64,000 nucleotides of DNA from Thermoanaerobaculia bacterium (GCA_963666565.1 OY762911.1:2400001-2464000), one strand, 5' to 3'. Positions 1-11,091 are shown, counted from the stretch's first letter. Numbers and translations: made by a program. Notes: a model not told the origin generated them from the letters alone.

Positions 1-135
1 TCGGGAACCAGGGCGACCCGGCGCTCTCCCGGGTGCGTCTCGCGTACGACTCCGGCTCTCATGTTCGCGCGCGAAGGTTATGTCCGGGAGGCGTCGCGTG
101 CAAACGGGAGGGGAAGCTCGAACGCGCCGGAGGGC

Positions 136-1392
136 TCAGGGGGTTCCGAAGCCCGCGTCCTGGACGGCCGCCCTGAGGGCCGCGGCGGGCGCCGCGCCCC
201 AGACCGTCGCCGTGCCGCCGGATAGGTCGACGCGGGCGGCCTCCACCCCCGGCGAGGCGAGCAGCGCGGACTCGACGGTCTCCACGCAGTGGCCGCAGGT
301 CATGCCGGTCACCGCGATCTCCACCGCCCGGCCGCCCGGCTCGCCGGCGGCGACCTGCTCGGCGGCCCAGCGGTCCGCCCGCGCGTTCCGCCGCCAGCGG
401 CCGAACTCCTGGGCGGCGAACCAGGCGAAGAGCGCGACGAGCAGGACGGCGGAGAGCGTGGCCCACCAGGCGTCCCCGTGTTCGTGCGTGCCGCTTCCCC
501 CGAGCGTCGCGCCGCCGATCAGCCACTCGAAGAGCAGCGCGAAAAGGATGCTGCCGAGGATGACCGTCGAGAGATAGACCGCCGTCGTCTTGCGGCCGAA
601 CGCCCGGTAGACGGCGCCGACGGTGGCGACGTTCGTCGCCGGGCCGGCCATCAGGAAGACGAGGGCGGCGCCCAGGGGCAGCCCGTTCGCGACGAGCGCG
701 GCGGCGATGGGGACCGAGGCGGTCGCGCAGACGTAGAGCGGCAGGGACACGACGAGCGCGGCCGTGGCGGCGCCGAGCGTTCCCAGGGCGGCGAGATCGA
801 GCCATGCCTGCTGCGGCAGGAGCATCTCGATGGCCGCCGAGACGAGCACGCCGACCGCCAGCCACCGCCAGATGCTCTGCAGCAGCTCGGTGCCGTGGGC
901 GGTCATGTCCGAGATCTTCCGCAGGATCGGGTTGCCGGACCCGCCGTCGTCCTCGGCGTCGTCGTCGGCGGCGTCCGCTTCCTCCGCCGGGACCTCGTCC
1001 TTCATGCGCTCGACCCACCAGCCGCCGGCCACGCCGGTGACCGCCGCCGCGGCCACCTTGAACAGGGCGAACGGCCAGCCGAGGAAGGTCGCGCTGACCA
1101 GGATCGAGTCGACGCCCGTCTGCGGCGTGCTGATGAGGAAGCCCATCGCGGCGCCGTTGCTGGCGCCCGTGCGCTTCAGGCCGATTCCGGCCGGGATCAC
1201 GCCGCAGGAGCAGAGCGGCAGCGGCACGCCGAGAACGACCGCCTTCAGCGTCCCGCCGTAGCCGCTGAGCTGGCGGCGGATCAGGTTCTTCGGCAGGAGG
1301 ACGTGGAGGAGGGCGGCGAGCAGCGTGCCGAACAGGAGCCAGGGCGCAAGCTCGATGAGCACGTCCCACGTCGCGTGTCCGAAGTTCAGCAT
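136..1392 (-). CDS. Metal permease (DUF318/SO_0444-like) with C-terminal heavy-metal-associated (HMA) domain
   Basis: Multi-TM protein with PLCSCGVIP and PLYVCATASVP motifs; C-terminal GMTCGHC HMA motif. Confidence 0.85.
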   Translation of the reverse strand: MLNFGHATWDVLIELAPWLLFGTLLAALLHVLLPKNLIRRQLSGYGGTLKAVVLGVPLPLCSCGVIPAGIGLKRTGASNGAAMGFLISTPQTGVDSILVSATFLGWPFALFKVAAAAVTGVAGGWWVERMKDEVPAEEADAADDDAEDDGGSGNPILRKISDMTAHGTELLQSIWRWLAVGVLVSAAIEMLLPQQAWLDLAALGTLGAATAALVVSLPLYVCATASVPIAAALVANGLPLGAALVFLMAGPATNVATVGAVYRAFGRKTTAVYLSTVILGSILFALLFEWLIGGATLGGSGTHEHGDAWWATLSAVLLVALFAWFAAQEFGRWRRNARADRWAAEQVAAGEPGGRAVEIAVTGMTCGHCVETVESALLASPGVEAARVDLSGGTATVWGAAPAAALRAAVQDAGFGTP

Positions 1393-1430
1393 GGTTCCGA
1401 TACCTTATCGCCACTTGGTTGCGCCGATTC

Positions 1431-1444
1431 TTAGTGTAGACTAA
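1431..1444. promoter_or_regulatory. Putative DtxR/MntR/SirR-type operator
   Basis: Palindrome TTAG-TGTAGA-CTAA between the divergent permease and dtxR-like genes. Confidence 0.6.
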
Positions 1445-1500
1445 AACTCTGATTCGCGGCGGCGAATGCCCGATCCGCCGTCCGCGCCCGTCGAAGCGAC

Positions 1501-2547
1501 ATGAACCCCCTGCTCGCCCTCCTCGTCCTGGCCGCGGTCGTCGCGCTGGCCGTCCTCGTGGCGCGGCCCGACGACGGCTGGCTCTGGCGCTGGCGCCTCG
1601 GCTGGCGGACGCTCCAGCGCGCCCGCACCGAGGACGCCCTGAAGCACCTCTTCGACTGCGAGTACCAGGGGCGGCTGGCGACGCACCAGAGCCTCGTCGG
1701 CGTGCTGCGGCTGGGCGGCCGGCGCGGCGCCGAGCTGATCGCCCGCATGGAGGCGCTGGGGCTCCTGGTGTCGGCCGAGGGGGGCTTCCGTCTGACCGAC
1801 GAGGGCCGCGGCGAGGCGTTGCGGGTCATCCGCATCCACCGGCTGTGGGAACGCTACTTCGCCGACGAGACGGGGCTCGAACCGCGGCGCTGGCACCCGG
1901 AGGCCGAGCGCCGCGAGCACCTGACCTCGCCCGCCCAGGCGGACGATCTGTCCGTGCGCCTCGGCCATCCCCGCTTCGACCCGCACGGCGACCCGATTCC
2001 CACGCCGGAGGGCGAGCTGCCGCCGCCGGCCGGACGAGCCTTGACGGACTTCGCGGCGGGCGACGAAGTCGAGGTGGTCCACGTCGAGGACGAACCGGAC
2101 GCGGTCTACGCCCAACTCGTCGCCGAGGGGATTCACCCCGGCATGAGGCTGCGGGTCGTTTCGGTGGCGCCGGAGCGCATCCGCTTCGTGGCGGACTTCG
2201 ACGAGGTGGTGCTGGCCCCGGTCATTGCGGCCAACGTCTTCGGGGCGCCGGTCGCGGAGGCGGCGGACGACGAGGCGACGCGGGACGAAGTCGGCGCGGT
2301 TCCGCTCTCGAGCGTCGGCGTCGGCGAGCGGGCGCAGGTGCTCGGCTTCTCGCGCTTCTGCCGCGGTATGGAGCGCCGCCGGCTGCTCGATCTGGGCCTG
2401 CTTCCGGGCACGCTGGTGGAGGCGAAGATGACCAGCCCGTCGGGCGATCCGATCGCCTACCGGGTGCGCGGCGCAGTGATCGCCCTGCGCCGTTCGCAGG
2501 CCGAGCAGATCCGCGTCGAACAGGTTGCCCAGGAGGTTACGGCATGA
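1501..2547 (+). CDS. DtxR/MntR-family metal-dependent regulator with two FeoA domains
   Basis: [36 protein letters not shown] motifs; C-terminal FeoA signature [11 protein letters not shown]...SPSGDP...IALRR. Confidence 0.88.
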   Translation: MNPLLALLVLAAVVALAVLVARPDDGWLWRWRLGWRTLQRARTEDALKHLFDCEYQGRLATHQSLVGVLRLGGRRGAELIARMEALGLLVSAEGGFRLTDEGRGEALRVIRIHRLWERYFADETGLEPRRWHPEAERREHLTSPAQADDLSVRLGHPRFDPHGDPIPTPEGELPPPAGRALTDFAAGDEVEVVHVEDEPDAVYAQLVAEGIHPGMRLRVVSVAPERIRFVADFDEVVLAPVIAANVFGAPVAEAADDEATRDEVGAVPLSSVGVGERAQVLGFSRFCRGMERRRLLDLGLLPGTLVEAKMTSPSGDPIAYRVRGAVIALRRSQAEQIRVEQVAQEVTA

Positions 2548-4994
2548 CCCAGCCCGCGCTTGCCCACGACTGCTCCAACTGCCCGGCGCACCATTCCGGC
2601 AACCTCGTCCGGCTCGGCGTCGACATGAGCGACTGGGACTACGTCGTCGCGCTGGCCGGCAATCCGAACACCGGCAAGAGCACGGTGTTCAACGCGCTGA
2701 CCGGCCTGCGCCAGCACACCGGCAACTGGCCCGGCAAGACGGTGACCCGCGCCGAGGGCGGCTTCGAGGTCGGCGGCGACCGCTTCAAGCTGGTCGACCT
2801 GCCGGGCACCTACTCGCTGCTCTCGTCCAGCCTCGACGAGGAGACGGCGCGCGACTTCATCCTCTTCGGACGGCCGGACGTGACTGTGATCGTCGTCGAC
2901 GCGACGCGGCTGGAGCGGAACCTGAACCTGGCGCTCCAGGTGCTGGAGATCACGGACCGGGCCGTCGTCTGCCTCAACCTGATGGACGAGGCGCGGCGCC
3001 AGGGCCTGGACGTCGACGCGCGGCGTCTGGCGCGGGATCTGGGCGTGCCGGTGGTGGCGACGGCGGCCCGCTCGGGCGAGGGGCTGGACGAGCTGAACCG
3101 GACGATCGCCGAAGTCGCTTCCGGCGCCTACCGCTGCCGGCCGCGGCGGGTCGGCGGCCGGTCGCCGGCGCTGCGCGAAGCGACCCGCAGCCTGTCGGGC
3201 GCGATCCAGGACGCGTTTCCGACGCTGCCGAACCCGCAGTGGGTGGCGCTTCGGCTGCTGGACGGGGACCCGACCTTGGCCGCGGCCGTGGAGAGCGGTT
3301 CGCTCGCCGAACTCGTCGATCCGGAAGTGCCGGAGGATGCGGGCGGCGAGGCGATCCCGGTTGGTGGCGACCCGCTCCTGGCTGCCGGCGAGGCGTTCCG
3401 GGCTGGCGGGAAGGGGCTCTCGGAAGGCGGCGAGGTGTTCCGGCCCGGTGGCGAGGCGTTCCCGGTTGATGGGGAGGCGCTAACGACCGGTGGCGAGGCC
3501 GCCGCTCGCTCGGTTACGGAACCGCGGGCGACCCGGGCGGCCGCCATCGAGATCGCCGAGTCGCAAGCCGCAGCGGATCCCGCGGCTCGCGCCGCGGTGC
3601 TCGAACTGGCCGGCCAGCTCCGCTGGCGGGTGGGCCGCAACTTCCACCAGGCGCTGACCGAGGCCGTCTTCGCCGAGGCAGCCCGCATCGCCGACCGCGC
3701 CGTGACGCGGGACGGCGAGCGCGGCCGCTTCGACTTCGACGCCCGGCTCGACCGGCTCGTGACGAGCCGCGTGTTCGGCTTCCCGCTCATGCTGCTCATG
3801 CTGACCGTCGTCTTCTGGCTCACGATCGCCGGTGCCAACGTGCCGTCGTCGATGCTCGCGACGCTCCTGATCGACACCGTGCATCCGCTGCTCAAGCAGG
3901 TGGCTTCCGCCTTCGGCCTGGTCTGGTGGCTCGACGGATTGCTGATCGACGGCGTGTACCTGGCCACTGCCTGGGTCGTGGCGGTGATGCTGCCGCCGAT
4001 GGCCATCTTCTTCCCGCTGTTCACGCTGCTGGAGGACTTCGGCTACCTGCCGCGGGTGGCGTTCAACCTCGACCGGATGTTCCACCGCGTCGGCGCCCAC
4101 GGCAAGCAGGCGCTGACGATGGCGATGGGCTGGGGCTGCAACGCGGCGGCGATCGTCTCGACCCGGATCATCGACAGCCCGCGCGAGCGCCTGATCGCGA
4201 TCGTCACGAACAACTTCTCGCTCTGCAACGGCCGCTGGCCGACGCAGATCCTGATCGCCTCCATCTTCATCGGCGGCCTCGTGCCGGCCCACCTCGCCGG
4301 CGCCGTCTCGGCCCTGTCGGTCGTGGGCGTCGCGGTGCTCGGCGTGTTCCTGACCTTCGCCGTGTCCTGGCTGCTGTCGCGCACCGTCCTGCGCGGCGAG
4401 GCGTCCGCGTTCTCGCTGGAACTGCCGCCCTACCGCCCGCCGCGGGTGCTGCAGACGATCTACACCTCGATCATCGACCGGACGCTGATCGTCCTCTGGC
4501 GCGCCGTCATCTTCGCGGCGCCGGCCGGGGCGGTCATCTGGCTGCTCAGCAACATCCAGGCGGGCGACGGATCCTTGGCTGCGTGGCTGATCGGCGCTCT
4601 CGACCCGTTCGGTTTCGCCCTCGGCCTGTCCGGGATCATCCTCGTCGCCTACATCATCGCCGTGCCGGCGAACGAGATCGTCATCCCGACGATCCTCATG
4701 CTGACCGTGCTGGTGGCCGGGGTGCCCGGCGTCGGCGCCGGGGCCGGCGTGATGTTCGAGCTGGACTCCGAGGTCGCCACCGCCCGCGTGCTGGAGGCCG
4801 GCGGCTTCACCCTGCTCACCGCCGTCTGCCTGATGCTCTTCTCCCTCGTCCACAACCCCTGCTCGACGACGCTGTACACGATCTGGAAGGAGACCCGCAG
4901 CGTCCGCTGGACCGCGGTCTCGGCCCTGCTGCCGGTGGCGATGGGCCTGCTGCTCTGCTTCGTCGTGGCGCAGGTCTGGAGAGCGCTGAGCTAG
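2544..4994 (+). CDS. feoB: Ferrous iron transporter B
   Basis: G1 [28 protein letters not shown]; TM domain LEDFGYLPR and GCN; ATG overlaps upstream TGA. Confidence 0.95.
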   Translation: MTQPALAHDCSNCPAHHSGNLVRLGVDMSDWDYVVALAGNPNTGKSTVFNALTGLRQHTGNWPGKTVTRAEGGFEVGGDRFKLVDLPGTYSLLSSSLDEETARDFILFGRPDVTVIVVDATRLERNLNLALQVLEITDRAVVCLNLMDEARRQGLDVDARRLARDLGVPVVATAARSGEGLDELNRTIAEVASGAYRCRPRRVGGRSPALREATRSLSGAIQDAFPTLPNPQWVALRLLDGDPTLAAAVESGSLAELVDPEVPEDAGGEAIPVGGDPLLAAGEAFRAGGKGLSEGGEVFRPGGEAFPVDGEALTTGGEAAARSVTEPRATRAAAIEIAESQAAADPAARAAVLELAGQLRWRVGRNFHQALTEAVFAEAARIADRAVTRDGERGRFDFDARLDRLVTSRVFGFPLMLLMLTVVFWLTIAGANVPSSMLATLLIDTVHPLLKQVASAFGLVWWLDGLLIDGVYLATAWVVAVMLPPMAIFFPLFTLLEDFGYLPRVAFNLDRMFHRVGAHGKQALTMAMGWGCNAAAIVSTRIIDSPRERLIAIVTNNFSLCNGRWPTQILIASIFIGGLVPAHLAGAVSALSVVGVAVLGVFLTFAVSWLLSRTVLRGEASAFSLELPPYRPPRVLQTIYTSIIDRTLIVLWRAVIFAAPAGAVIWLLSNIQAGDGSLAAWLIGALDPFGFALGLSGIILVAYIIAVPANEIVIPTILMLTVLVAGVPGVGAGAGVMFELDSEVATARVLEAGGFTLLTAVCLMLFSLVHNPCSTTLYTIWKETRSVRWTAVSALLPVAMGLLLCFVVAQVWRALS

Positions 4995-5125
4995 CGGCGG
5001 AACGCTGGAGCCGCCAACCTGTCGCAGGCCTCGTTCTGCCAGGGTGCCGACGTCCAGCCCTGACCCAAGACGGGCGGGTGCGTCCGACGCCGCTTCGACG
5101 CGGTCGGAGCCCTGCGGGACGAGCG

Positions 5126-5368
5126 CTACTTGCGGCCGTACCGGCGCTGGAACTTCTCGATCTGGCCGGCGCTGTCGACGAAGTGCTGGCGGCCCGTGTA
5201 GAACGGGTGCGACGCCGACGAGATCTCGAGCCGGATCTCGTAGTGCTCGACGCCGTCGATGTCCCGGGTCTTGTCGCTCGTCATCGTCGACTGGGAGATG
5301 AACTCCGCGTTGGCCGACGGATCGATGAACACGACCGGGTGGAGCTCGGGGTGCATGTCGCTCTTCAT
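5126..5368 (-). CDS. rpmE2: 50S ribosomal protein L31 type B
   Basis: MKSDMHP...[12 protein letters not shown]...[10 protein letters not shown]; no CxxC zinc motifs. Confidence 0.93.
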   Translation of the reverse strand: MKSDMHPELHPVVFIDPSANAEFISQSTMTSDKTRDIDGVEHYEIRLEISSASHPFYTGRQHFVDSAGQIEKFQRRYGRK

Positions 5369-5455
5369 GGTGGTCTCGCTGGTGTTGGGCTCGGAGGGCG
5401 GATGCGGTTCTACGCCGCCGAGGGCGGGCGATGATAACCGACTTCTCGTCTGGCT

Positions 5456-5604
5456 GGGTGCGCGGGCCTTCCGACCCGCCGGGTGCGCGGGTCTTCCGAC
5501 CCGCCGGGTGCGCGGGTCTTCCGACCCGCCGGGTGCGCGGGTCTTCCGACCCGCCGGGTGCGCGGGTCTTCCGACCCGCCGGGTGCGCGGGTCTTCTGAC
5601 CCGC
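5456..5604 (+). repeat. Six tandem copies of the REP-like unit GGGTGCGCGGGTCTTCCGACCCGC(C)
   Basis: 25-bp period, no spacers; internal hairpin GCGGGTC-TTCC-GACCCGC. Confidence 0.95.
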
Positions 5605-5653
5605 TGCCGGCGCAGCCGGCCTGAAAACGCGCCGGCCGTCAGGCCGGCTCCGT

Positions 5654-8329
5654 TCACACCACGATGTTCACCAGCCTCCCCGGCACCACGATCACCTTGC
5701 GCGGTTCCTTGCCGTCCATGAAGCGCCGCGCGTTCCCGGACGCCAGGGCCAGCTCCTCCAGGGTCTCCCGGTCCGCGTCGGCCGCGACCTGAAGCACGTC
5801 CCGCTTCTTGCCCATCACCTGAACCACGACGTTGATCGTCTCGTCGACCACCAGGGCCGGGTCGTAGGCGGGCCACTCCTGGTGGCAGACGAGGCCCTCG
5901 CCGCCGAGACGGGACCACAGTTCCTCGGCGAGGTGCGGCGCGAACGGCGACAGGATGCGCAGGAACGCGTCGAGCGACCGGCGCGGCACGCTCTCGGCGG
6001 CGGTCGCCGCGTTGACCCAGATCATCATCTGCGAGATGGCGGTGTTCATGTCGAGCGAGTCGATGTCCTCGCCGACCTTGCGGATCGTCTTGTGGAGCAG
6101 GCGGTCCAGCTCGCTTGCGGGCGCCGGCTCGTCGCCGCCGGTCCGCTCCCGGCCGTCCTCGGCCTGCTGGCTGCCCGTCCGCTCGCCGCTGCCTTGGGTG
6201 CCGCCGCCCGTGCGCTCGTCCGCGACCTTTCCGGCGACGCCGCCGGTCCGCTCGTCGACCACAAGGCGCCAGGTCCGGCTCAGGAACCGGTGGACGCCGT
6301 CGACGTCCTTCGTCTGCCACGGCTTCTGCTGGTGGAGCGGCCCCATGAACAGCTCGTGCAGGCGCAGCGAGTCGGCGCCCCAGCGTTCGATGATGTCGTC
6401 CGGGTTGGCGACGTTCAGCTTCGACTTGGACATCTTCTCGACCCGCGCTTCGAGCGGCTCGTCGCTGCCGGCGAGGAACGCCCGGTCGCCGCGCCAGTCC
6501 ACGCTGTCGGGGTGGTGGTACTTGCCGCCCCGGTCGCGGTAGCTGTAGGCCAGGATCATCCCCTGGTTGAACAGGCGGGCGAACGGCTCGGAGGTCGAGA
6601 CCAGGCCCGCGTCGTACAGCACCTTCTGCCAGAAGCGCGCGTAGAGCAGGTGCAGCACCGCGTGCTCGACGCCGCCGATGTAGAGGTCCACCGGCATCCA
6701 GTAGCGCTCCAGCTCCGGCGACCACGGCGCCTCCGCGTTCTTCGGGTCGATGTAGCGCAGGAAGTACCAGCAGGAGCCGGCCCACTGGGGCATCGTGTTC
6801 GTCTCGCGCCGCGCCTTGCGGCCGTCCGGCAGGCTGACGACGAGCCAGTCGTCGCCGGCGCGGGCGAGCGGCGGCCGGCCGTCGGCGGTGGGCTTGAACT
6901 CGTCGACCTCGGGCAGCGCGACCGGCAGGTCCTCGCGCGGCACCGGCAGGATCTCGCCGGTCGGCTCGCCGTCGTCGTCGAGCACGTGGAGCACCGGGAA
7001 GGGCTCGCCCCAGTAGCGCTGGCGTGAGAACAGCCAGTCCCGCAGCCGGTACTCGACCCGGCGGTCGCCGTGGCCGGTCTCGACCAGCCACTCGATCATC
7101 CGCTCCTTCGCGTCGGCGACGCCGAGGCCGTTGAGGAAGCCGCTGTTGATCGCGGGGCCGTCCTCCAGGTACGCGTCGCCCTCCCAGCCGTCCGGCGGCG
7201 CCACCGTGCGGACGATCGGCAGCCCGAACTCCACGGCGAAGTCCCAGTCGCGCTGGTCCTGGCCGGGGACGCCCATGATCGCGCCCGAGCCGTAGCTCAT
7301 CAGCACGTAGTCGGCGACCCAGATCGGGATCGGCTCGCCGGTGGCCGGGTTCGTGGCGTGGGCGCCGGTGAACACGCCGGTCTTGCTCTTGGCCAGGTCG
7401 GTCCGCTGCAGTTCGCTCTTGTTGACCGCTTCCTGGACGTAGGCGTCTACCGCGTCGCGCTGCGCGGCGGTGGTGATCGCCGCAACGAGCGGATGCTCCG
7501 GCGCCAGCACGCAGTAGGTCGCCCCGAACAGCGTGTCGGGCCGCGTCGTGAACACGGGGAAGCTCTCGTCCGCGCCGGCAATGGGCATCCGGATCTCGGC
7601 GCCGTGGGACTTGCCGATCCAGTTGCGCTGCATCTCCTTGACGTACTCCGGCCAGTCGACTTGGTCGAGGTCGTCGAGCAGGCGCTCGGCGTAGGCGGTG
7701 ATCCGGAGCATCCACTGCCGCATCGTCCGCCGCTCGACCGCGTCGCCGGTGTCGACGTAGGCGCCGTCCTTGACCTCCTCGTTGGCCAGCACCGTGCCCA
7801 GCGCCGGGCACCACCACACCGGAACGTCCTCCAGGTAGGCGAGGCCGCGCCGGTGGAGCTCGAGGAAGATCCACTGCGTCCAGCGGTAGTAGTCCGCCGA
7901 CGACGTGTCGACCTCGCGCTCCCAGTCGTACGAGAAGCCGAGGCGCTCGATCTGGCGGCGGAAGTTGGCGATGTTGCGCCGCGTGATGAGCCGCGGATGC
8001 TGGTTCTCGCGCACCGCCGCGCGCTCGGCCGGCAGGCCGAAGGCGTCCCAGCCCATCGGGTGGAGCACGTTGTAGCCCTCCATCCGCCGCTTGCGCGCCA
8101 CCACGTCGGTCGCCGTGTACCCCTCCGGGTGGCCGATGTGCAGCCCCGCGCCCGACGGGTACGGGAACATGTCGAGGACGTAGTACTTCGGCCGGCTCTT
8201 CAGGAGTTCCGGGTCGTCCGGCGTGCGGAAAGCGGTCCTCTCGCGCCAGATCCGCTGCCATTTCGGCTCGATCTCGGCGGCGTCGTAGAGGTGCCTGCGG
8301 GGCCTGGATGGCTGGTCGTTCGTCGTCAT
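5654..8329 (-). CDS. leuS: Leucine--tRNA ligase
   Basis: MFPYPSGAGLHIGH, DWLFSRQRYWG, KMSKS; start chosen at MTTNDQ. Confidence 0.97.
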   Translation of the reverse strand: MTTNDQPSRPRRHLYDAAEIEPKWQRIWRERTAFRTPDDPELLKSRPKYYVLDMFPYPSGAGLHIGHPEGYTATDVVARKRRMEGYNVLHPMGWDAFGLPAERAAVRENQHPRLITRRNIANFRRQIERLGFSYDWEREVDTSSADYYRWTQWIFLELHRRGLAYLEDVPVWWCPALGTVLANEEVKDGAYVDTGDAVERRTMRQWMLRITAYAERLLDDLDQVDWPEYVKEMQRNWIGKSHGAEIRMPIAGADESFPVFTTRPDTLFGATYCVLAPEHPLVAAITTAAQRDAVDAYVQEAVNKSELQRTDLAKSKTGVFTGAHATNPATGEPIPIWVADYVLMSYGSGAIMGVPGQDQRDWDFAVEFGLPIVRTVAPPDGWEGDAYLEDGPAINSGFLNGLGVADAKERMIEWLVETGHGDRRVEYRLRDWLFSRQRYWGEPFPVLHVLDDDGEPTGEILPVPREDLPVALPEVDEFKPTADGRPPLARAGDDWLVVSLPDGRKARRETNTMPQWAGSCWYFLRYIDPKNAEAPWSPELERYWMPVDLYIGGVEHAVLHLLYARFWQKVLYDAGLVSTSEPFARLFNQGMILAYSYRDRGGKYHHPDSVDWRGDRAFLAGSDEPLEARVEKMSKSKLNVANPDDIIERWGADSLRLHELFMGPLHQQKPWQTKDVDGVHRFLSRTWRLVVDERTGGVAGKVADERTGGGTQGSGERTGSQQAEDGRERTGGDEPAPASELDRLLHKTIRKVGEDIDSLDMNTAISQMMIWVNAATAAESVPRRSLDAFLRILSPFAPHLAEELWSRLGGEGLVCHQEWPAYDPALVVDETINVVVQVMGKKRDVLQVAADADRETLEELALASGNARRFMDGKEPRKVIVVPGRLVNIVV

Positions 8330-8389
8330 CGTCGTTACCGCCGCACGGCAGCAAAGTGTACCGGCTGCTTCCGCTACCATCCCTGGGCG

Positions 8390-9526
8390 ATGGATTCGCT
8401 GCACGAACAGATGACCTCCTGGCGCCGGGACCTCCACCGCCACCCGGAACTCGCCTTCGAGGAGAAGGAGACGAGCCGCAAGGTGGCCGCGCTGCTCGAG
8501 TCCTTCGGCGGCATCGAGGTTCACCGCGGCCTCGCCGGCACCGGGGTCGTCGGCGTGCTGAAGTCCGGCTCGTCGGACCGCAGCATCGCGCTCCGCGCGG
8601 ACATGGACGCGCTGCCGATCGAGGAGGAGAACGAGTTCGAGCACCGCTCGCAAAACCCCGGCAAGATGCACGCCTGCGGCCACGACGGCCACACGGCGAT
8701 GCTGCTGGGCGCCGCGAAGCACCTCACCGAGAACCGCTCCTTCGACGGCACGGTCTACTTCTTCTTCCAGCCGGCGGAGGAGAAAGACGGCGGCGCCCGC
8801 GTGATGATCGAGGAAGGGCTGTTCGAGCAGTTCCCCGCCGGGGAGGTCTACGGCGTCCACAACTATCCGGGGATGGAAGTGGGCAACTTCGGCCTCTGCG
8901 CCGGCCCGATGATGGCCGCCATCGACGTCTTCGAGTTCGCCGTCACCAGTGCCGGCGGCCACGCCGCGTTCCCTCACGGCACGGTGGATCCCATCCCGAT
9001 CGGCGCCGAGATCGTCCTCGCCCTGCAGACGATCGTGGCCCGCAACGTGGACCCGCTCCACAGCGCGGTGATCACGGTGGCCCGCGTCCACGGCGGCCAC
9101 GCGGACAACGTGATCCCGAGCCGCGTCGTCCACGGCGGTTGCGTCCGGGCGTTCCTGCCCGAGGTGCAGAAGCTCGTCGAACGACGGATGCGCCAGATCG
9201 GCCGCGGCATCTGCACCGCCCACGGCGCCGGCTTCGAGTTCCAGTATCGCCACTACTACCCGGCTACCGTCAACCACGCCGAGCAGACCGAGAAGGCCGC
9301 CAACGCCGCCCGCGAAGTCGGCCGGGAAGTCACCACCAGCCTCGCCCCCGTGATGGGCTCCGAAGACTTCGCCTACATGCTCCAGGAACGCCCCGGCGCC
9401 TTCATGTTCCTCGGCAACGGCGACAGCGCCGGCCTCCACACCCCCCGCTACGACTTCAACGACGACATCCTGCCCGTCGGCATGCGCTACTGGACCACGC
9501 TGGTCGAGACGCAGTTGTGGGCGTAG
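8390..9526 (+). CDS. M20 amidohydrolase (hippurate hydrolase-like)
   Basis: RRDLHRHPEL, LRADMDALP, MHACGHDGH, FQPAEE, SEDF. Confidence 0.92.
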   Translation: MDSLHEQMTSWRRDLHRHPELAFEEKETSRKVAALLESFGGIEVHRGLAGTGVVGVLKSGSSDRSIALRADMDALPIEEENEFEHRSQNPGKMHACGHDGHTAMLLGAAKHLTENRSFDGTVYFFFQPAEEKDGGARVMIEEGLFEQFPAGEVYGVHNYPGMEVGNFGLCAGPMMAAIDVFEFAVTSAGGHAAFPHGTVDPIPIGAEIVLALQTIVARNVDPLHSAVITVARVHGGHADNVIPSRVVHGGCVRAFLPEVQKLVERRMRQIGRGICTAHGAGFEFQYRHYYPATVNHAEQTEKAANAAREVGREVTTSLAPVMGSEDFAYMLQERPGAFMFLGNGDSAGLHTPRYDFNDDILPVGMRYWTTLVETQLWA

Positions 9527-10016
9527 CGACGTCGGTATCACCCGCCCGGCTTGGGGCCGCAGGGGAGGGGTTCCCAGCGGCCGCTCGCGTTCTCTCGGAG
9601 GAGGGGAAGCTGACGCTCGCTTCACTCCGCTCGCTTCGGATGGTCGGTGCGTGCGGTCAGGTCGTCGGGAGTCGCTCGCTTCGAGCCCGCGGGGAACCCC
9701 TCCCCTGCGGCCCCGCAACGGGCTAGACCTCGTCGGACCTCGCGGAACCTGAACACTGGTCGATCCCGCGCGGTACGTTCTCCCGACGACGACCAGACTG
9801 TGGTGGAGTCCGGGGAGAGGGTCCCTGGGGGCTGGAGGCAAGTGACTCCCGACAACGTTGCCGGAACCGATGCCGACGTGAAACGCAGCCGACCGAAGCG
9901 AGCGCTCACTTCTCATTCATCGGGAAAGCGCGAGCGGCCCCAGGGACCCTCTCCCCGGACTCCGCCGCAGGCGGGTGTACCCGCAGCGCTCCGCTGCGCC
10001 GCCGACGTCGCTACGC
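9521..10016. repeat. Nested inverted-repeat element (MITE/REPIN-like) between convergent genes
   Basis: Inverted repeats 9521-9535/10002-10016 (15 bp), 9539-9546/9970-9977, 9553-9575/9692-9714 (23 bp), 9805-9830/9938-9963 (26 bp). Confidence 0.8.
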
Positions 10017-10916
10017 GCAGTTGCAGAGTTCGATGAAGAAGGCGCGGACGGTGTCGGTGAACTCCGGATTCGTCAGGGTGTTCATGTGGTTCGCGCCTTC
10101 GATGACGTGGAGGCGGTGCTCCTTCATGACGCCGACCAAGGCGTCGGCGTTGGGCTTGAGGGGATCGTCGCTGCCTATGATGTTGAGGGTCGGCACCTTG
10201 TTGACGCGGAGGAGTTCGGCGCTCACGTCGAGGCCGGCCATGCCGCGGACGACGGCGGCCAGGGCCTTCTGGTCGTTCGAGGCGACCATCGCCTGGCCGA
10301 TCGGCTGAACCTGTTCGGGCGTCGGCGGGTCGTCGCCGGGCCAGAGGAACTCGACGAGGGGGCCGCCGCCCTTGCCCGCTTCGAGGGAGGCGGCGAGCGC
10401 GTCGAACATCGCTTCGTCGCGCAGTTCGGGGCTCGGCCAGCCGGCGCCGCCGATCACGGCGGACATCAGCCGGTCGGGCGCCAGGGCGATGAGCTTCATC
10501 GCGATGAAGCCGCCCATCGAGTAGCCGACCACGTTCGCCTGCTGCAGCCGCAGATGATCCAGCAGGTCGACGACGTCGAGGGCCATGCGCTCGCCGTAGC
10601 TCTCGGCGTCGTGCGGCTTGCCGCTCTTGCCGTGGCCGCGCTGGTCGACGGCGATGACCTGGAACTCCTCGGCCAGGCGGCCGACGATGCCCGCCGCGCC
10701 CCAGTTCGAGGCGGCGGTGCCGGTGATGCCGTGGAGCAGCACGACCGGGTCGCCGCGGCCTTCGACCTGGTAGTGGATCTCGACGCCGTCGGTGGCCGTG
10801 AAGGACCGGGTTGCGGCTTCGCCCTGGGCCCAGGCGCCGGCGAAGGCGGCGAGCGCGAGCAGAGCCGTCAGGACGGCCCGGAACATCGGTCGTCGACACG
10901 TCGTACTTGTTCTCAT
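10011..10916 (-). CDS. Secreted alpha/beta hydrolase
   Basis: Signal peptide, LLHG, DQRGHG, GYSMG nucleophile elbow, catalytic His in GANH; AAGGAA RBS. Confidence 0.9.
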   Translation of the reverse strand: MRTSTTCRRPMFRAVLTALLALAAFAGAWAQGEAATRSFTATDGVEIHYQVEGRGDPVVLLHGITGTAASNWGAAGIVGRLAEEFQVIAVDQRGHGKSGKPHDAESYGERMALDVVDLLDHLRLQQANVVGYSMGGFIAMKLIALAPDRLMSAVIGGAGWPSPELRDEAMFDALAASLEAGKGGGPLVEFLWPGDDPPTPEQVQPIGQAMVASNDQKALAAVVRGMAGLDVSAELLRVNKVPTLNIIGSDDPLKPNADALVGVMKEHRLHVIEGANHMNTLTNPEFTDTVRAFFIELCNCA

Positions 10917-11091
10917 GGGGTTCCTTCGCAGGGAGCGAGGCTGGCGCCTCGGAGGTTGTCGTCCACAGGCCGGAAGACTCGCGGCTGCGGGTCGGCGAAG
11001 GCTACCAACCCGACTTGCGCCGGCCGGCGCGACCCGGCCGCTTTGCTACGCTGCCCCGCGTCGCCGATCGGATCACTGCCCGGACAAGACC

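Noticed and set aside
5456-5604. Tandem repeat as a second CRISPR array
   Set aside because: No spacers, and the unit is dispersed across the window like a REP
3480-8354. 1624-aa ORF and other long Arg/Pro/Ala-rich ORFs
   Set aside because: Shadow frames expected at high GC, overlapping well-supported genes
9739-9748. 10-nt match (CTCGCGGAAC) to the orphan spacer at 31766-31797
   Set aside because: Too short to distinguish from chance in GC-rich DNA
5654-9916. 1420-aa LeuS with a long N-terminal extension
   Set aside because: The extension is the antisense frame of the M20 amidohydrolase; LeuS homology starts near 8329
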